From assembly GCA_045863235.1 (NCBI GenBank), contig BTUM01000047.1:1-62278 (forward strand): 62,278 bases of DNA, written 5' to 3'. The notes under the pieces were generated by a model that had not been told where the DNA came from, made no database searches, and worked only from the letters and a program-made list of their open reading frames with translations. The position numbers and the translations under genes are program-made. Positions within the stretch are counted from its first letter, which is position 1. Every line of letters starts with the position of its first letter. Positions 61,401 through 62,278 of this stretch are shown one piece after another. The stretch is from Candidatus Xenobia bacterium. GTDB lineage: Bacteria; Vulcanimicrobiota; Xenobia; Xenobiales; QWHO01.

Positions 61401-61672
61401 GACAGGCGCTGTACGACGTCTTCACCGAGAGCGAGGAAGAGCGGGCCCAGCAGCGTTACGACGCCTACAGCCGCCAGATCCTGAGCGAGGCCTACGGTGG
61501 GGACGGAGCTCGGGTTCAGGATCTGACCGGCCTGTCGGACGACGCCAAGCACGAGCTGTCGGAGGTGGCGATGCAGATGGGCATCCCTCCCCACGAGCTC
61601 TACGAGCAGATGCGCGAGGAATGGCTCGCAGCCGGGCGTCCGGGCGAGTTGAGCGACTTCATCCTGTCCTGA
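58403..61672 (+). CDS. Large repeat protein: RAGLPLE tandem repeats, EF-hand-like repeats and hydrophobic C-terminal hairpin (effector/translocator-like)
   Basis: GGAGG RBS, GTG start; six D...G..DG.IGR.DL-type loops; Ala/Gly-rich hydrophobic helices near the C-terminus. Confidence 0.75.
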   Translation: MVKSAEKVQEVREKPRSESKKPASLGQAAERAAEETRPTPDSEAAGPTPDRSIRQPVRDESQLSGEQAEEQELDGEQIQRLLRDRGVTSERRADQERSSEPREDSSQFLERRKLELTRFPQPLDPDQLTEQQRADSPQPGQRAGLPLEFDQPGARAGLPLEFDQPGERAGLPLEFDQPGERAGLPLELDRLTERAGLPLELDRLTERQRAGLPLEVDQVTERQRAGLPLELDQVTERQRAGLPLELDQVTELQRAGLPLELDQVTELQRAGLPLELDRLTERQRAGLPLELDRSGGRAVLAPSGLAGDAGVARHAAQGEGQPQPSQLETTAQVLLDNIDRLDQAAGRGGRDGKIGREDLEAVANDPNASPELREAARTALGNENYLNALDLGAGGGDVDREIGRDDLQAVIREEQENPQRLTIEETAAIVRDNFELFDTASGGGGKDQEIGREDLQAISTNQELPPEVREAARALLENDNYHHALDIATGRGDLDGKIGLRDVNAAADRGFLDNPEVAQDPAASLQIQDNVLTIAQNFDSLDTAADGGNPDGVIGRRDLQAALDDPSTPPELRQAVMDVLANPAALNALDVGSGQGKVDGKFDRGDIVDFVRSGLDRAAENAHEQDEIFSAFMAEYGQFLPPEELTESREAQRLKSAHAGHEALAENFTRLFDDPRFQDVFNDLGENDKIGLVQQISEDLTGTVAGQQFIDEVVGDVAAIGRGELQQSDNVFARFITDGRRVERSSNQAYNNALNALIAPSLYQAKDARTAIKLLDGFVAGSFSPQDAQKFQQTVGAEFRNVANLVDSIQGTPTPEQVAELNQARQRLADKLQEANARNDSLGRGKPLGNTLNVGAVVFDAFAISQHDFGEDLLRDTVLLASTARDVADVGKIAATSLSRGAQSLIGRAAIAAGAGDSAALAGTRLAGGLGRAVPILGAAASFASAIASFHDDKLGFAADVLSGVGFTAIAAAPLFGPAAPVAATLGAVAVGVGGAIRLGQALYDVFTESEEERAQQRYDAYSRQILSEAYGGDGARVQDLTGLSDDAKHELSEVAMQMGIPPHELYEQMREEWLAAGRPGELSDFILS
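58826..59281 (+). repeat. Intragenic tandem repeat: 11 RAGLPLE-containing units of 39 and 45 bp
   Basis: Four 13-aa units, six 15-aa units and a partial last unit. Confidence 0.92.
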
Positions 61673-61721
61673 ACTCGGGTCGCCCCTGTCCTGAGCCCGG
61701 GTTGCTCCGGCCGTCCCGGAG

Positions 61722-62278
61722 TCAACCCCGCCGTGCTGGAGTCGACCCGGGACCGGAGCGAGCGCGGACTGACCCCGACCTCCTCTGCTGCCTGCGGCGC
61801 AGGTTGCGCTGGCGAACCCGATGCCAGCGTCCCCCCTGGCCGAAGTCAGAGCGATGCTCGAGGCTGTGACAGGCTGCGCAAAGCAGCTTCAGCCCCGACA
61901 GTCGGTTGTCGCCCCCGTCACTCACCGGCAAGTCGTGGTGAATATGCAGGGGAGCCCCTCGGTCACAGCCAGAATTCTCACACCGCCCGCCGGATCTGGC
62001 CATCAGCAGTCGGAGGGTCCGTCGCGGGATGCGGTTTCGTTTTCCCGCGCGGGGGGCTTTGTCGCCATCGCGCGAAGAGTGACCACCCGACGACGTCCGG
62101 TCCAGGGAACGCGGCGCCGACCCGGCTTGACCACACTCCGCGCCCAAGTCGGTCTGCCCCTGTCCATCGATCGGACCGCGTACAGGCCGGCCAACCTCTG
62201 AGGCAAGCCTGACCTCCAGGGCAGACCTGGCCTCCGGGGCAGGCCTGACCTCCGGGGCTGACCTGGCCTCCGGGGCAG
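61722..62278 (-). CDS. HNH endonuclease-domain protein, 5' end outside the window
   Basis: RCENSGC...HIHH..PVSDGGDNRLSGLKLLCAACHSLEH; frame is open to the window edge. Confidence 0.8.
   Translation of the reverse strand, partial: APEARSAPEVRPAPEARSALEVRLASEVGRPVRGPIDGQGQTDLGAECGQAGSAPRSLDRTSSGGHSSRDGDKAPRAGKRNRIPRRTLRLLMARSGGRCENSGCDRGAPLHIHHDLPVSDGGDNRLSGLKLLCAACHSLEHRSDFGQGGRWHRVRQRNLRRRQQRRSGSVRARSGPGSTPARRG
62197..62278 (-). repeat. 18-bp tandem repeat (APEARS/APEVRP) within the HNH gene
   Basis: Units such as gccccggaggccaggtca and gccccggaggtcaggcct run to the window edge. Confidence 0.75.

Overview
GC-rich bacterial chromosomal window (62 kb, about 60 genes, one tRNA-Ser(GCT)). The protein styles suggest Candidatus Eremiobacterota/Xenobia, but that is inference only. 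The most notable locus is 900-9821. It holds two Y-RNA-like non-coding elements that look like circularly permuted tRNA-Lys(UUU) and tRNA-Ser(GCU) mimics. It also encodes a 66-aa ubiquitin-like protein ending in Gly, two Ro60/TROVE-like vWA proteins, a candidate E2-like protein (GICL motif) and a ThiF/E1-like enzyme. The second vWA protein carries a fused copy of the small protein. Together these suggest a Ubl-conjugation system coupled to a Ro60/Y-RNA ribonucleoprotein. Elsewhere there is a DUF6754-type membrane-protein cluster (one member frameshifted) with a distant orphan GlmL/MutL-like gene, and two large proteins that share an EF-hand-like repeat module but differ at the C-terminus. The window also has two VapBC toxin-antitoxin pairs, a pilin-like trio with a Ser/Thr kinase and FHA-BTAD regulator, an HNH gene cut by the window edge, and many housekeeping enzymes. 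All calls come from reading motifs by eye; no searches were run.
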